64,000 nt of DNA, taken from positions 194,357-258,356 of the forward strand of contig JAQGDQ010000336.1 in NCBI GenBank assembly GCA_030141605.1, given 5' to 3'. Made by a program: the position numbers and the translations under genes. Origin of the DNA: Tubiluchus corallicola (lineage: Eukaryota > Animalia > Priapulida). Below, piece after piece: positions 1-14,113 of the stretch; the stretch's first letter is position 1; the number at the start of each line of letters is the position of its first letter. Under the pieces are notes generated by a model. The model had not been told where the DNA came from. It did not search any database and was given only the letters and a program-made list of their open reading frames with translations.

Positions 1-1453
1 ACGGTCGGTATGATAATCTACATGCTGGCATTTATGATTAGTAAATACAACGCTACTTATCATTCTTGACATGTCGTTTCATCATCAGCTTCTCTCTGAC
101 GCTTATTATCTCGTGCAAGCATGCATTGCAGAGAGAAATCTCGACATCTGACGATTGTGTGAAACTTATAGCGGGTTAGACAGGTACAATTTTCGATTTG
201 AGCCAGTGGCTGATCCAGTCGCGTTTTGCCAGTCGTTTTTTGTTGCGCCAACAAACACGAAATGTGCAGCCTTAGTAAATTGTAGCAATAAACTTTGCGT
301 AAACAAATTAAATTATTTCATGCATTCTTTTTCAATCGACAGTTATATTCCTGAATTTATCTTTACGAAATTTTTGGGTTTGCTTAGTTGATGTACGTAC
401 GTTTACTAATATAAAGCTGGAAGCGCCTAAATGATGTAATAATTGCGTGCATGTAGCAAAATTACCTTGCCGTTCAAGAGAAATATCTCGGTAACTTGTA
501 CAGTCCTTTTAGGCCAAGAAATTACAATAATGCAGCAACTTTTTTTCGTAATTCAACTCATGAAAATATTTTCATTGCCTTTGCAAACTTATTATTGTGA
601 TATTACTATCAAACTTAAGTGTTCTGCATTGGATACATATTCGCTGTAGGATAGCTATATGTATTAATGTGTTTATAACAATAATTATTACATTCGTAGC
701 CGCATGTTTAGCTAATTTTGTATTACTGGAAAATGTATTTTCTTCTGTTGTGTTTAATAAACCTCCAAAATGTTTAACAACGCGATGTTTTAAAAAAATT
801 ATTAATTATTGATTTAAAATAACCGCAAAACTATTTCAGCGCTTTTATCATTTAGGACAGAATGAGAACAGTGAACATCCTTAAAACAAAGGCCGCTTTT
901 TCTATATTAATTTTTATAATTTGGAAGTAGTGACTGTTTAATTTTGTTGTAAAAACTTGTTGCAGCAACGGTCTGCCATTATATAGCGACTTGTTCACTA
1001 GCTGGGACAGCAAAAGAACAGAAAGAGACTGCCCGGCTTAATATTTAATTCAAACGGCCGGGAACCAGTTAAGCATGGATTTGCATTGTCTTCACTTCCT
1101 CTCCACACAGAAGCAGTCGGAAATACCTCTAACATCTTTTCATTAACCGACAGACACACTGAAAGAGGACTAGAGCAGTGCAAAGAGTTCAGGTGTCTAC
1201 TTTGTTTAATGCATGTAGTAGAGGTGTAGTGATGTTTTACTGGCTGAGTTAAACCTGACAACCTGGGCATTTCCTTCTCACAATCTCTTGTGCTGGCGTT
1301 TCGAAATTCGTTACTAAAACATTGATGAAAACATAATAACTGAATGACATTACGTAATGAAATCGCGTAAACGCGTGCATGTTGTACAAAGAGTTGTGAC
1401 TTCTAATTCATCATATGTAACTGAATTTAATAATTAACTAAAAGTTTAATTGT

Positions 1454-1787
<334 letters not shown>

Positions 1788-2869
1788 TAATCAGCAACCA
1801 CTAATGAAAATAATGCAGTCCCAGATATATAGGCCTACAGGCAGTCAGAAAAAATGCATAGTTACAAGAAGCGAATAAAATATATTATATGATTGAATTA
1901 TCTAAAAAAGAAAATTTGCGAAGATTATTATGGTGCAAATGCTAGATATAAAATGAATAAAAATAATCTTGGTGTAGTGGATACCACAGCTGATCAGATT
2001 CAGGTTCCAACCCAACAGAGAACAGTTTTTATATTTTTGTTTTGTACTTTAATTTACTTATGAATTCAGTTATAAAATAGTTTTTTATCGAGTAAGATGA
2101 CTTCAGAAAATATAAGTTATTGTCTCTTTTTGTACTTTGCATTTCAAATATACAGGTTTAAAGGTTTGTATATGGCTCAGACTTGAAAGTATTAGCCTTA
2201 CTTAATTGAAAGATTAAAATTAGATATTTAAATTTTTTAATTTTATAAAGTTATTATACAAGTTAATTTTATAAGTTTACTAAATACCAAAATCGAATTT
2301 TGCCGAAATCGTATCTGCATGTGATTTTAAAATACACACAGATCAGAGTTAATTAATGATTATTATTTGGACAATTAATTTGGGCGTATATGTACTGTAA
2401 TTATTCGCAGTAGTTATGATAGTTAAGTTAATCGACAACTTATATAATGTTAAAATCTATATTTTTTGAAAAATTAAGATATGTTATTAATTTAGCGAAA
2501 ATTTAGTCGTCCCAGACAATATGTGCGCATAAATGTTCTTACCGATTACATTAATTTTGCCAGTAATTTTTATATCAAATCAGAACAATAGACCTAGTTA
2601 ACTTGCAGCGCTCATTTACTCTTTCAACGCTGCAATCTGTCACAGGTGTTGGCATCCACGCGAGCAAGGTTAAAATGGGTGTTTAGTTATTACAAGTTCC
2701 TAATCCTAATTGTTCTGGTTTTTATTAAAAATCTTGTTTAGTAAATTCCAAGTTTTAATTTTGTTTTGTGTTAATGTCAGTTGTAAGTTTGAAAATCATG
2801 ATTTGCAACTAAAAGCCTTTTGAAGTTACTGGATGAATGTTATGGTTGCGGCTTGGTAATTTTATAAAA

Positions 2870-3210
2870 ACATAAATGAATTTTCTAATTGCAAATAAAC
2901 AAACGAATGATTAACTAAATGAATGAAGGAATAAGCAATTGAATGGAAGAGTGTATGAATAGATGAGTGATAAGTTGAGTGAAGAAATTAATAAACAAAT
3001 TAATAAAAGAATGTATGAGTGAATCACTGAATGAACGAATAAATAAGTGAATGAATGAATGAGTTAATAAATCAATCAATAAATAAATAGATGAACTAAT
3101 GAACTAGTAAAAATAAACAAGCAAGCAAGCGAGCAAATAAACAAACAAACGAACTGAAGAACCAAACAATTAAACGAGCTATCTAACAAGTAACTAGTAA
3201 ATGAACAAAG
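2870..3210. repeat. Degenerate (AATG/AATA/AAAC/AAGC)n tetranucleotide tract
   Basis: Directly visible low-complexity sequence. Confidence 0.7.
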
Positions 3211-3777
3211 CAAATACATGCATTATAATTAATTTTCTCTTGTTTTCTAAATTACGTATACAGTATTATAATTAAAAGTCGCCCACATTTCCCTTTTGCA
3301 GCAACAAGTTGTGACTTAAATAGTGACATTTTCCAAACTAAGCTAGCACAGCAAGAAATAAACATGAAGAAACTTACAAAATTGTAAACTTACAAAACGT
3401 ACATATAGTTTTTATATAGACATGTCACATAAAAAAACATTTAACGCACGTGTATGTGAAGAAATTCAGGCTCATGTGGGCGGTCTTAAGCAGTGAATGG
3501 CAGTGCTGCAATGCCTCTCAGTATGGCGCATGACGTCCTTTATGAAACCCCCTGGTTCAAGCAAAAGCGTGACACACATAATGTTGAAGGTATAAAGTTT
3601 GGAATCAGAAAGGAGGAGGAGGAAATAGAATTTGCATAGAAAAAGCAGGACAAACATTTTGCGCAGAAGCTAGAGACGTGTGTGAGTCCTTTATATGTGA
3701 ACTTACCTACCTCGCGTGGAATACCTTTCACTAGCACACACCCACACACACGACACACGTATGCACGCGCACACAAA

Positions 3778-3780
<3 letters not shown>

Positions 3781-3872
<92 letters not shown>

Positions 3873-3990
3873 TCTTCTCTGTATCTTTCTGTCTTTCTCG
3901 CCCCCTCCTTTATTCTTTCTTTCCATTAATCTCTCTGTCTGTCTCTCTCTTTCTCTTTCTCTGTTTCTCTCTCTCCCTCTCTCTTTTTGT
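3781..3990. repeat. (CT)n microsatellite and pyrimidine tract
   Basis: Perfect (CT)n at 3782-3869, then degenerate. Confidence 0.95.
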
Positions 3991-6077
3991 TCGTATTTCT
4001 TATCTTTGATTTCTCTTAACCTACTGGACAACAAACAGTGTGCATACGAATATATATATATACATGTTTTGGTAAAGGAAATAAGAGTGGTATTCAGTCG
4101 CTACGGGCCAGCGGGTCTTATTTGAAATTCCTGTTCCACCCCCTCCTCTTACACCAGTAATTTTACCACTTCATTGTTCTGGTGACATTATTAATCTTAT
4201 CTGGTATGCAACACCAATAATTGTTATTATCAAGATTTCTGGCATTAACTAAGAAACGAAATAGAACTGATATAAAGTGCACAGAAAATTTCACAACAAG
4301 CTGCACTTTTTTCAAATTTTTCTTTATTCTACGTTTGTATGACAATTTACGGAATACGTTGTAAATTTGCAAACAATTATAAATAAAATACGTACACTGA
4401 AATATTAGAATAATCTTGCTCGATTTTTTATACGTTTCTGGTACTGTCCAAGTCATGATCCATACAGAGGTAAGGGTGGCCTATTCGCTATAGGCAGTTG
4501 CAAGATTGGAATTCGGTAATTTCAGCTATCAAGGATAACCTTAGGTATAAGGCATAGAATCGCACATGTGTACATTCACAAATGTATTGATGAAGTTTTT
4601 CTTGTGGTTATAAGTGTTGAAAAAGAGAATATGGTATTTTCTGTAAGTTAACAAGGATATGTAACCCTAAATATAACACATTTTGTTTCAAGCAATAAAG
4701 CCAACGTAGTCTAAGCTACAAGCATAAAATGATGTCAATATGAAGTGATATGAATTATATCTTCTTTTTTATTCTTTTTTTAACTATTTTCCTTTCATTT
4801 AGTTAACATGTTCGTTTGTATCTATAATATTAAATACAGTTTGAGGTTGTAATAATAACTGATTAGCTGCGTACAGTTTCGAAAAACAGCAAAAACATTT
4901 TTAAATCGTGGAACATGCAGTATAATGGCGTATCGTTACAACATGCACGTCTATAGAAATGAGCGAGTACTCGCAAACAACATGTTACTTTCCAGTACCA
5001 AAGCAGAAAATTTTAATTCATGCCATTTTGCTAAAATGTTACCTAATGTGTGATTAAGCCGTGTCCTAGAAAAAATACGGGTCATAAGTAGAAACTACGC
5101 CTGTTTTATTGCAAACCATGCACAAATCGACCTTGCTAAGGGAAGCACAAGTAATCATTAACTGATAATTAAACTTGTAGCCAAATTATCATGCATCAGC
5201 TCGCCGTATTTTATCAACGAATGCATAAAAAATAAATAAGAAAGTGGCAACTTTTATTGTACTTTTCTAATAAAGCAAAATATGAATGCTTGAAACTATA
5301 AATCTGAAAGAATAAATATGAAAATTTATGAATATTTCACCACGTTACAAACCATTCCGTAGTTTCATAAAATACTTGACAATTCAAGGCATATATGGAA
5401 ATTGTTCACGCATAAAGTTAAAAATAATGGCTATTTCTTAATGACCCAAATATTTCGAAATTACAATTTGTAAGCGCAATATAGCTGTCAACTTAAACTA
5501 TTTTCTTCTCGCGTGAGTTAAACTTATCACGTAATGAAATTTTGACACGCGTATTTTGTAATTAGTTCAAATTACAAGAAACTTAATTTGGTGTATGTTA
5601 ATAGCAGTTATTATTACCTCTGTGTGGGATTTATGCGTAGCACTATGGCATGTAAATTTGCAAACCTTGTTCAGATAGTAAAAAAATTATAAACATATGC
5701 TGATATAAGCATGAAGTCATACACATATATAGAAAACTATAGTCCGTAAAATAGGTACAATTACTAGTAACGCTAAGCTTAAGACAAAACGCGTCAACTG
5801 CCTCTTTGTCTATTGTGCATAATTTATTATTATTATTACTATTGCAGCAATAAAATGAAAGAAAGAATAATTTTGTGGTTAAAACTATCTACTTCTCTAT
5901 ACCAAAATCAATATGTTACCCAAGTTAACTACAGTTGTACAACAAGCTGAAGAAACAACTTGCACATTAGAACTCATACACGTATAAAGTGTTTACATTT
6001 ATTTTTCATGTAATAATCTAATATCTAAGATCAAAATTTAATAGCTCCACTTTGCGAGATATTTATAATGAATACGT

Positions 6078-6205
6078 TCTATGTCTATGTCAACGTTAAT
6101 GTTATGTCTATAATCTATGTCTATTTTAGTGTCTGTCTATGTCAATGTTGCGTCTATGTTGATGTCTATGCCTGTCTATGTCTATATCTGTGGCTATCTC
6201 TGTCT
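6078..6205. repeat. Degenerate (TCTATG)n
   Basis: Directly visible. Confidence 0.7.
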
Positions 6206-9200
6206 TATGTGCGTGCAGGCTGATGAGTGTTGTTACGTACTCAAGCTATACCGAATTAAAGCCTGAATTTGTGCATGTAATTGTAATTTGATACATTGTA
6301 TACGTCTATTCCAACGGCAAAATTCAGGAAGCCACACTGTCTGCAGGTGCAATGCGCACGGCAAACATACCACATGTGCATGTTATGTTGCAGCAGCGCG
6401 AAGCCTTAGGCAGTGTCCAGGCATCTGCAATCTGCAGCAGTAAAATTGCTATATACGCGTACGAAGTCGCATTTTGCACTTTCCTTGCTGCACTTACCAA
6501 GGTTGTGGATACATGGGCGCCGGTCCATCCCGTGTGTCATTGTTTAACTGAGTATAATAAAAACACCGTCCGTTCTTTTAAGTTTTATCGCGGTTTTTAC
6601 TACATAGATTTTTTTCAATATAAAATTGTAGCTTGCCTGTATTAGAATTTATAATACAAAATTTATTATCTAGTTTAATGTATGATCAAAGAGAAACATG
6701 GAGAAACGTAGGACCGCAAAAACGTCTTATGCTCGGACACCCTACTCGGCCATGTGACGTGATCCTCTCTAGAATACCCAGTATAAGTATCATGTTACTC
6801 AATCAACCATTTTCCCTAGGAAAGCAGGTTACATACTTTATTAAACTGGTAACCAATTAAAATAACTCATTTTCATTCAAGACATTCAACTTAAACATCA
6901 GGTTAAAACATTTTGAGTATTACTCTGTTCCAATTCCGTTAAATTAAGTGACTTAGCTTTGATTTCACATTTTTGGTAAGATGAGTTTTGAACAAATGTT
7001 TGTTAAGACATACGTTTGATGCCACAAATTAAAAATCATCATTAAATTTTCTTTCTGCCGTTTAAATGGGAGTAGAAATTCTAAGAGAGTCTAAAACAGC
7101 AGGCTAATAGCAAATTGGAATGCGTTGTTTTATAATAACATGAGTTTTTATCAAACATTACTTGCCCTGCAAATCAACGAAAAATTCCATTTACATATTG
7201 TAAACATGTGCTTTCCTTAAAGAGGAAGAAAAGGCGATTATAAAGTTTTTCCCATAACTTTTCAATGCAAAGTTATGTAACCCAGCATTACGCTTACCTC
7301 TTTGAAAAACTGTGGAGAAAACAAAATTTCTGGTTATTTAAAATGTTCTCGCAGACTTGTAAGACGTCACCGTTTCAATATCCCCGTGTGCACCAAAAGG
7401 CGTCACTGTTATCCCAAAAAAACATAAATATCATGATTAATCTTATTGATGAGATAAAGTATTCTGCACTTTTGCTTAGTTAGTGAAGTGGGCACTAAAA
7501 TGCTCTGATTATTTTTTAAGACTTTATATAATATTGTTTAAACTTGCCTAAATTGCTTACTCAAATCAATTAATGCAAGAAGACAATACTGAATTAGAAA
7601 GGCAGACTGTCAGAGCGGGAGTTAAAATTTACAAGTTTTATACAGCTTGATTGCTAATACAAGCTCTATGTGCAGAAAGCTACGTATAAGTGATAGAAAA
7701 TTTCAAGACGAGTTTTTTAACTTTGTATAAGAAAACTGTTTTTTGTCATTTTTAAGATCGCTTTCCTTATTACGTTTAGAAACACTATAACAATTGTTTT
7801 TTCATCCACGTCAAATTAAAAACGAGGACTACTCTACTATACAGACTACAATGTAGACAGAAACTCGATTCTGTTAAGAGTTGGCCATCTCCTACAACTT
7901 TAAATTGTAGGCTACTTTTTGATTAATGACCATTTTAAGTCACAAATTGTTAGTTAGAAGAAATTAGGAGAGCTACAACTTCCTGTACAGGGCACAACTG
8001 TTGCTGACTTACTGGTTAACATTGTGATGCTGGATACATATTTTTATATAATCATTTTTAAATGTAATTATAATGATTCCCCTCACTTGCTGATATGAAA
8101 TGCATACAGCAGTAATTCTCATTTACTACAGGTTTGTTTAATTATTTATTTTTTAACATTGTCGCGGCCTTTAAGTTACCTCGTCTTTTTAGAAGTTTCT
8201 TGAGTTATTTTCGTATTTAGGGCCTAGGACAGGGTTTACCCGAGTTACAAGCCATGGCGATGTGCCAAAGGCCTTAAAATGTTTTGCTGGACTAAGATTT
8301 GAGTTTCTTTTTTTAGCGGAAATGGTAACGTAAGGGGTGTCACTTATCCTGGCTTGCACCGTGTTGGGTTCAGTTTTATAAGTCTAAGATTCTCGTTTAC
8401 CATATATTTGATTTCACCATGCGTATAGATTGGTTCTACGCTTCTTGTACGGACTTCATATTTCCTCTAAAGACACTTGAGGGATTTCTATAGGTAACCT
8501 AGATGAGCATTAGTGGTGTAGTCATCTATCTACCTCTCTATTTGGATGTGGAGTGTTTGCGAAGAGGATTTCCTTATTTCAGTGACGCGGGCCATACCAG
8601 AAGACGTACACCGTAAATGTAGGCATAACTTCCCAAAGTCCCGTGGCAGAACGTGACGCCGGTACCACAACATGGCATCAAGAAGTACACTAGCGAACAT
8701 TAGAGCGGCGAAATTGTTAATTAAACTAAGTAATAATATCCTATTGTCGTCGAGTGTAGGATGGAAGCACAAAAGAGAGAGAATGTGAATGGTGATGGGC
8801 TTTTGTCGGGTTTAAAAAATAGCGAATATTTTACAGGACGTTCACACGACAACATCTGTGTCTCGAAATGCACCTTTTATCTTTCGTAGTTTGCAAATAA
8901 CGTGAACCGTATAAGCATAAATTTGCTCTAATTTCCATACATGTCAGTGCTATCATTGCTCTGGTTGTTCATTTACTGGTAGCAACATACTACCGTATGA
9001 CCTCACTCATCATTCTCACTTCTTACCATCCTCATTATCATTTTTGTTGCGTCATTTCATTAAAAGACAACGATAAAAAATTAAGAAAAAAATCACAACT
9101 GCACAAGTCAATACACATAAATACAAAATTACAATTTACACCTCTGTGTATTTTATACCAGTGTGTATTTTAATATAACTAAAACATTGAAAACAGTAAA

Positions 9201-9222
9201 CGGCCAACACGGGATGATCGTA

Positions 9223-9286
9223 ATCATCATCATCACCATCCTCATCGTCATCAGCATTATCAGCAATATGATCAACGTCGTCGTCG

Positions 9287-9344
<58 letters not shown>
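9223..9344. repeat. (CAT)n microsatellite
   Basis: Directly visible. Confidence 0.9.
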
Positions 9345-10292
9345 GATTATTGCACTCACGCTCAGCATGAGAATCATCATACTATAATAATCAGTTACTA
9401 TTATGAATCTCTATCTTGATAATCATATCAATAATTTTGACATCATCATCAACATCACTACAATCGTCAGCATTGTAACCCTTTAAGTCATAATTGGAAA
9501 TTTCAACAGGTACGTTATGCAACAGGTATGTTAGCATACGAGCCTTAAAAACCCCTGAAAAAAAATCAATATTTATGGAGATGAAGAAAATCAGGCTTAA
9601 AAACATCAAATATTCGGTAGTACTTTTACAAATTAGCTAGCAATTAATGATATCATCAATTAGATTATAACTGAGTGCCATAATTCTGGCATTCACAGGC
9701 ATAATCTAATTAATGACACTCGTTAGTATTCTAAGAAGTTTTTCTTAATGCTTTCATAGCATTCAAATGTGAGTAAAAAAGTAGATAATTGCATGAAAAA
9801 GCTTGAGTCGACAGCGCGAACCTTCTTTTCATTTGATTCGATTACTGGTACTGGTTCTAGGGGATGTAGATTAATGATTGTTGTCATTATTCATTACTAT
9901 CCTTTAATCCTTTAATTTTAGCGGAACTCTTTCCTACTTTGCATGCATCTGGTGCATGATGGATTAAGTCCACATTGCAGTTGTTCAAGGTGCTACTACC
10001 TTGGAGATCACTTTGAACGCTCACATCCGGTGACAGATCCTCTTGACGTGACTTGTCATTAATAAATCTCAAGGACAGCTGTTCATAAATACTCGTAATT
10101 CATGTTTTCTGGCCACAACCTATGATTACTTTTATAGCATTTTAAGTATATGTGTTGGATATGATATATTATTATGAATTTATGATTATGAAATTCTTTC
10201 ACGCATGTTAAGAATGGAATATCTAGGTAACGTCGTGTTCCCGCCAAAGTTTCTGCAAATTATGTTCACAGGAGAAACGTTTTTTGTTGCAG

Positions 10293-10606
10293 GCTGCTGA
10301 GTGACGGAGAGAAAAAACCCTTCATAGAAGAAGCTGAGCGATTGAGAGTTGTCCACAAGAAAGAACATCCTGATTATAAATATCAACCTCGACGAAGGAA
10401 ACCTTTGAAAGGAGCTCAACCGCAGCAAGAACAGACTTGTCAAGACTCACATGGCATGTCCAACGCTGTACTATTTAAAGCACTGAAACCTGAAAGCAAA
10501 GAGGGAGGTGGGAGTCCTGACGTTATGAATAAGGGCCAAGGTCCACCGACGCCGCCTACTACGCCGAATGGTTCTAAGGAAAGCATGCTGAAACACCTGC
10601 GAAGAG
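10293..10606 (+). CDS. SoxE: SoxE transcription factor, exon 2 (C-terminal half of the HMG box and linker)
   Basis: Acceptor ttttgttgcag| at 10292 and donor |gtaagc at 10607. Translation is (R)[36 protein letters not shown]...[11 protein letters not shown], diagnostic of SoxE. The intron falls at the conserved W-R/L position in the HMG box. Confidence 0.96.
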
Positions 10607-11991
10607 GTAAGCATGCATGATATATTAATTTACCGGTAAAAATTACAAATCGAACATTAATATAAAATCTATAATTAGGTAAGTGGACGTTAATGATAAG
10701 TTCTGACTGCATTATAAACATTCAGCCTAGATGATGAGAATAGAAATTTTGAATATATAGTATAATAATAGGGTACATTGTTCACGTTCACGAAGACATG
10801 GTTGTGACCCGTTTTGTTTGGCAGTGAACTTTTTTCCTACGCCTTGTTAGCTAATTAGTTCTGTTATAATTATGCTCCAGTTAGTTAAGCTGTACCTGTA
10901 ACAGCTGTTTGCAATGAATTAATCAAATTTGCATGATGATTATACTTTACCTTGTCACATTATTATTAACGTGTGTAAAAGGATTAGGCTTGCTTTGTTG
11001 AATTTTTTCTTCAGTGTAAGTGGGCTTGCTTTTTTCATGTAGTCTGACAGGTCATCATTAAAATTTTGAAAGTTTTATCACGCTATTTAATTTTTTCGTC
11101 AATGATTGCTTGTTATTGCACACCATGCATTGTGTGTGCAAAATAACTTATAGAAGCCAGGTTTTTTGCTGAAATCTTAAAGCAAAAGGTGTTGGGTGTT
11201 TTATATAAATTGTGAATGTGAAATATTATACGTCGTCAGGTTACGAGTTCCATTGATTTTCCTTCATTTAGTCATTTTGCATGTTCTCTTAATTACGTTT
11301 TATTATTAACGGCATGATTACGTTTTTTAACTTGAATCCAGGAATATGTATCTAAAGTAATTTTGTTAAGTTTGAAAAACAAGTAAATAAGCCTACATGA
11401 TAGTACCGTATATGCGACTGAAAAAAATAAAATTTGTTATAATTCGTGATCAGCATTGAGCTTCGTCTCAGTGTAAAATTATCGCAGTGATTATACTGTG
11501 TTGCAGTTGTTAATATTTCCAAAATTTTTATAGTCTTCAAAAGGACATGGAATAAGTAGAACAACCTCATAAATGAATAAAAAGATGAAAACATTTTATT
11601 ACAATAATATTTCATACTGCATTTGCACAACATAGAAGTGTCAGTTGTTGAGAAAAAAATTATATAGGCCCATCTAGGAATGTCTGATGTCCATTACGGA
11701 CTAATTAGATTAAAGTTGTTATACACGACAATATGTGAACCCTGCATGTGAAATGCTTTGTTACGAAATAATACAGATTTTAGCAGTAAGAATTATAGTA
11801 AGAGTTTCTTTTGATTGGTTTGCACGTTCGTTTCCTTACTAAGCAGTCTAATTTGTGCAACTGTACGAAGGAAGATTGCAAATTTAAAGAGAAACCTCGT
11901 TAAATTGTTTTAAACTGATCCTCGAGTGTAGAACTGTACTTATGCAGCTACGTAAAATATTATCATTAACATGAGGAATGTTACTTTTCAG

Positions 11992-12608
11992 GTTTGCAAC
12001 CAGTCGATTTTAATGCTGTTGACATGGCAACACTCAGCACTGACGTCATGAGCAACATTGAGCACATTGACCAATCAGAGTTTGATCAATATCTACCAAA
12101 CGGACAGCCGAATCCTCAAGCTCTTCACCTGCATGGCCATTATCCATTAAACTACGGAGCATCAAGTACTATCGCTGCATCAGCAAGCTCTTGGCAAACA
12201 TTATCAAAGTACGGACTTTCTCGCAGTCCACCAGAACGTTCAGTCCCAAGTACGACGTCACCTCAGGAAAATGCCTATACATACCCCACTGTGACGTCAT
12301 CGGCTTCCTCTGAACCGACGCGCTTCCATGAGCTCCAACCTGCATCAGGCAGTTCAATCAAACTGGAACATTTGCCAGCATCGTCCTCAAGACGAGAAGC
12401 ATACACGGCGAGGGATCTGTACGACGTTGCACAGCCGCCATATATACCTTCATCCATCACGCAAGCAGAGTATGAATACATACCACAAGGTGCAACCTTC
12501 TACACCACACAAGCACAACCATACCCGTATGTCGTCGGCCAACGTTATCCACCAACAACACCAATCAGTGCCATTGGCAGTGAACAATGGACTAGCAGTT
12601 ACTCCTAA
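11992..12608 (+). CDS. SoxE: SoxE exon 3 (terminal coding exon)
   Basis: Acceptor cttttcag| at 11991; phase 1 matches exon 2. Encodes VDFNAVDMATLSTDVMSNIEHIDQSEFDQYLP (SoxE K2/TAM motif), an IKLE SUMO-type motif and a P/S/Y-rich tail. Stop TAA at 12606-12608. Confidence 0.95.
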
Positions 12609-14113
12609 ATTCAATGTGTGCTGACAGTATGTGTGTGAAATGTACTTGTGCGTGGTGCAAATTGTGTGAAAATGATGTATAAATTATTGTTATTATTATT
12701 CTATAAAACAAAATGCAATTATTTTCATAAGGTCAAATACCCTGACAAATTATTGTTTCATTAATATTAAGTACTGTGTGTAAATAACATTTCTTATAAC
12801 GACTGTCACAGGCCAGTGTGAAAGGTCTGTGCACGATACATTAATTCACAACCTTAGAAAAGATAAAGGATTTCAAAATCACTGCACATTGTTTATTCGA
12901 ATTGTAAGAGTACAGTAAAAGTATGTGTACTAAAAATATAGTAATTCACAGACAATGCGTGGTGACTGGTACGCAGGTAACTTGATTCACGTGGCTCATT
13001 GCACTCTTGAATAAGGGCTAACATTGGCAAATATTTATAATAAACATATATATGTATATTTAAATTTTTAATAATTAGCGTTGCAGTTAATTGCACTGGT
13101 TTAGAATTTTTTAAGTTAACAAAATAATTTGAAAAATGGTTGTTTAAAGTACTACTGAAACGCAAGTGACTTATTAACCAGACCTTGTGTATGACCTAAA
13201 ATCAAACTGTTACTTGTTTTAACATTGTTTAGTTATCAATTTAAGGCATGTTATAGTTATACACTTTGCAATTTTAGACGGCATGCTACACATAAATTGC
13301 TGTAAGCAATACAGTGTAATTAAAAATAATGTTATTTATAGTTTTATTTACCAGGCATATGTAAGGAAGTGTTAATCCTTTTGCAAAAGCGGTTAATGTA
13401 AATATTAATTCCTACCACTTGAATCAGTTAAATTTTTAGAAGCTGAAATATGCCCATGAATTTTTTGCACTGTAGTATTGTGACAGCATGCAAATCAGAC
13501 AAACAGAATAAAAAGATTATCATCCACTGACACGATGGACTTGTTGGCAGGGGTTAACGTGTTAAATTGAACTTCACCATCAAACTTTGTGGTACAAGAC
13601 TTAATTGGCTGAATTACTTTTAAATTTGAAGCTATGTCAGTATATATGACTAATGAAACTCAAGAAAGGTTCCAAGTTTATTCAGAGGCACTTTTATTAA
13701 CTATTATACAAGCAGATCTGCTGATTAAAGAAACACTGCCGTTACGCTGATAATGAAAAGTTACGCTAACAATCGCAAAACCATGAGGGCATCCTTTGTA
13801 GTCATATTATAATTTAAGCACAACGTTCAAAATAAAATTATTGTATTATATTTATTTTGTTATTAATCTTATGAACTGTTAATAATGCTAGGACGTACTA
13901 GATTTTGTATAGTTTCGAGCATCACTAAAATGCCTTATTCTTTTGTGATTACATGTTTTATAGTGAACTCTGACAAAGCATTTCATAATTTTGTTACTAT
14001 TTTCGTATGAAACATGTTGTATGGGATGTGCACGCGATTGTTATTATAGTATGCAGGTTGTTGAAAAACAAACAAACCAGAATGCTGCTTTACTACTTAA
14101 GTTTATTAATAAA
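12609..14113 (+). other. Probable SoxE 3' UTR
   Basis: AU-rich sequence after the stop codon with AATAAA at about 13507, about 13831 and 14108. The true end is unknown. Confidence 0.45.

Noticed and set aside
7265-7483. ORF containing EKLWR as a possible end of SoxE exon 1 (GKLWR)
   Set aside because: There is no KRPMNAFMVW or NAELSK upstream and no GT donor after the WR codons.
8221-8780. GC-richer block with an 80-aa minus-strand ORF in SoxE intron 1
   Set aside because: No recognisable protein motif or splice pattern, so it cannot be assigned without a database search.
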